Of a DNA stretch of 64,000 nt, positions 62,055 through 64,000 are shown in pieces. A model generated the notes under the pieces. The model did not search any database. It saw only the letters and a list, made by a program, of their open reading frames with translations, and was not told where the DNA came from. The first letter of the stretch is position 1; each line of letters opens with the position of its first letter. Position numbers and translations under genes: made by a program. Source of the DNA: Synechococcus sp. (GTDB lineage Bacteria > Cyanobacteriota > Cyanobacteriia > PCC-6307 > Cyanobiaceae); contig JBJBEO010000001.1 in the NCBI GenBank assembly GCA_047284725.1, positions 1,080,203 to 1,144,202 of the forward strand, given 5' to 3'.

Positions 62055-62091
62055 ACTCGTTAGGCTGAACAATCAGGCTTGCGTTAACGCC

Positions 62092-63444
62092 ATGCCAGCG
62101 CCACAACTCAATCGCTCCAATCGCTCTGCATGGTTTTGGGTTGTTGGGGCTGGTGGCATTTCAGCGGCTGTGGCCCTGTCATCACCCGGCCTCGGACTTC
62201 CCACGACTGGCTCCTCTTCGATCACCGACAGCCCGAAGGAGGTGATTGATCAGGTTTGGCAGATCGTTTATCGCGATTACCTCGATTCAACCGGTCAGTA
62301 CGACCCTCAGCAGTGGAAACGCCTCAGGCGCGAATTGCTGGCCAAACCCTATGCCGGAACCCCTGAATCGTACGAAGCGATCAGGGGCATGCTCGCAAGT
62401 CTTGAGGACCCATACACCCGTTTCCTGGATCCGAAAGAGTTCAAGGAAATGCAGATTGAGACCTCCGGTGAATTGATGGGGGTTGGCATCCAGATTTCCT
62501 TGGATAAGGAAACGAAGGAAATCGTTGTCGTTTCCCCGATCGAGGGCACACCAGCTTCCCGCGCTGGTGTGCAACCCAAGGATGTGATCGTTTCGATTGA
62601 TGGTCAGTCCACGAAGGGGATGACGACCGAGGATGCCGTCAAACTGATTCGCGGCAAGGAAGGCACCGACGTCACCCTTGGACTCAGGCGGAAAGGACAG
62701 GTGATTTCGATGCCCTTGACGCGGGCCCGGATTGAAATCAATTCGGTGGACAGTCAGCTGAATCGCACTCCCGGCGGCGAGAAGGTCGGTTACATCCGCC
62801 TCAAACAGTTCAATGCCAATGCAGCCAAGGAAATGCGGGCTGCCATCCGCAAACTGGAAGGCGAAGGGGTGATGGGTTATGTGCTCGATCTGCGCAGCAA
62901 CCCTGGTGGTCTGCTTGAGGCCAGTATTGACATTGCGCGTCAGTGGCTTGATGAGGGCACGATTGTCAGCACCAAAACCCGCAACGGCATTCAGGACGTG
63001 CGGAGAGCCACGGGTTCAGCGCTGACGCAACGGCCCGTGGTGGTGCTTGTGAATGAGGGTTCAGCCAGTGCCAGTGAAATTCTCTCGGGTGCTCTGCAAG
63101 ACAATGATCGGGCCCAGCTGGTGGGCAAGAAAACCTTTGGCAAAGGTCTCGTGCAGTCGGTTCGCGGGTTGGCGGATGGTTCTGGCCTCACCGTCACGAT
63201 TGCGAAGTATCTGACTCCCAACGGCACGGATATCCACCAAAACGGCATCAAGCCGGATGTGGCGGTGGAGATGAGCGAAGAAGAAATCAAGTCGCTCAGT
63301 GTTGAGGATCTGGGTACAAACAAAGACAGCCAGTACCGCACCGCGGAAACCACTCTGCTCAAAGCATTGAAGACCGCCAACCAACAGCAGACCTTTGTGC
63401 CTGGATCAACCAACCTCAGCAAGGCGTTCGCAGGAGCTGGCTGA
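62092..63444 (+). CDS. ctpA: Carboxyl-terminal processing protease (S41)
   Basis: DPYTRF, PDZ GVGI, DLRSNPGG, SASASEI, TFGKG. Confidence 0.92.
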   Translation: MPAPQLNRSNRSAWFWVVGAGGISAAVALSSPGLGLPTTGSSSITDSPKEVIDQVWQIVYRDYLDSTGQYDPQQWKRLRRELLAKPYAGTPESYEAIRGMLASLEDPYTRFLDPKEFKEMQIETSGELMGVGIQISLDKETKEIVVVSPIEGTPASRAGVQPKDVIVSIDGQSTKGMTTEDAVKLIRGKEGTDVTLGLRRKGQVISMPLTRARIEINSVDSQLNRTPGGEKVGYIRLKQFNANAAKEMRAAIRKLEGEGVMGYVLDLRSNPGGLLEASIDIARQWLDEGTIVSTKTRNGIQDVRRATGSALTQRPVVVLVNEGSASASEILSGALQDNDRAQLVGKKTFGKGLVQSVRGLADGSGLTVTIAKYLTPNGTDIHQNGIKPDVAVEMSEEEIKSLSVEDLGTNKDSQYRTAETTLLKALKTANQQQTFVPGSTNLSKAFAGAG

Positions 63445-63473
63445 CGTTCTTGGATCGAGACTCCTCTTGACAC

Positions 63474-63508
63474 AAAAAGCCCCAAGCGAGAGGCCGTCAC
63501 TTGGGGGC
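63474..63508 (-). terminator. Hairpin between convergent ctpA and small ORF
   Basis: aaaaagccccaag...cttgggggc, with a T-tail on the minus strand. Confidence 0.6.
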
Positions 63509-63535
63509 ATGGTTGATTTGAGCGCTGAGGTGGGC

Positions 63536-63697
63536 TCAGGAGATGGGCTGCATCAAGCCTCCACCAGGCGTTGAATCGTCATCATCATTTTCCGTGTCGT
63601 CTTGAACAAGAGCGAACACGCCGAGAGCGGCGGCACTGATCAGGCCTCCATACAGCCCAAACGGAACTGAATTGATGGGATCAATGAACTCACCCAA
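63536..63697 (-). CDS. Small membrane protein, 53 aa (MGEFIDPINSVPFGLYGGLISAAALGVFALVQDDTENDDDDSTPGGGLMQPIS)
   Basis: Translated by hand; TTG start after GGAG, TACAAT -10-like box at 63722-63727, one TM plus acidic tail. Confidence 0.7.
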   Translation of the reverse strand: MGEFIDPINSVPFGLYGGLISAAALGVFALVQDDTENDDDDSTPGGGLMQPIS

Positions 63698-63793
63698 GGC
63701 GTGTCTCCACAAGGCCCCCAGATTGTAACGAAGAATTGCGCTGTGTGTAGGAACCTTCTCATAGAAGTGTTCCCCTCTCGAGCGAGGGCCTGT

Positions 63794-64000
63794 TCAGACC
63801 GATAGGACGGCTTCGTTCTTCGCTGTTTCCTGGCTGGCCCGCTGAGCCTCGGTGAGGCCATCGGCCCCAGGAATCTGGGCCGCCATCTGCTCAAGCCATG
63901 ACTTGAGTTCCTCCAGCTGTTTCTCCATGGGCAGCACTCCGAGGCCTCGGGCCAGCACTTTGGCGGAGGTGCCGCTGCCCGCTTGAAACACCAGGCGTCC
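63794..64000 (-). CDS. mfd: C-terminus of transcription-repair coupling factor (5' part outside window)
   Basis: Frame open from the window edge; GRLVFQAGSG..KVLARGLGVLPMEKQLEEL..WL resembles the cyanobacterial Mfd C-terminus. Confidence 0.75.
   Translation of the reverse strand, partial: GRLVFQAGSGTSAKVLARGLGVLPMEKQLEELKSWLEQMAAQIPGADGLTEAQRASQETAKNEAVLSV

Overview
A GC-rich cyanobacterial chromosome segment whose gene content and order (chlH, dapB, hli, class II nrdJ, prfC, hslO, phnDCE, ispG, ctpA, mfd) look like a marine Synechococcus; this assignment is inferred, not proven. The first ~19.6 kb is an accessory type I secretion locus. It has two tandem HlyB-like ABC transporters with degenerate ATPase motifs, an HlyD adaptor and a ~4,770-aa acidic giant protein, followed by an orphan OmpR-type regulator lacking its phospho-acceptor Asp. 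The giant protein carries 16 apparently identical 657-bp tandem repeats, an AT-richer unique tip and a FrpC self-processing-module-like Ca-binding domain in which the scissile Asp-Pro is Ala-Pro. Elsewhere, accessory genes are interleaved with core genes: a membrane HD-GYP protein, an EF-hand/two-component/ppk2 module, and an AT-rich islet next to tRNA-Ser(TGA) with PAS and PAS-GGDEF-EAL genes, a phage-like HTH/Zn protein and an RHH plus GIY-YIG-like pair. Two small ORFs missed by the ORF track are also reported. No CRISPR, integrase, transposase or rRNA was seen. All domain calls come from motif recognition by eye; no searches were run.
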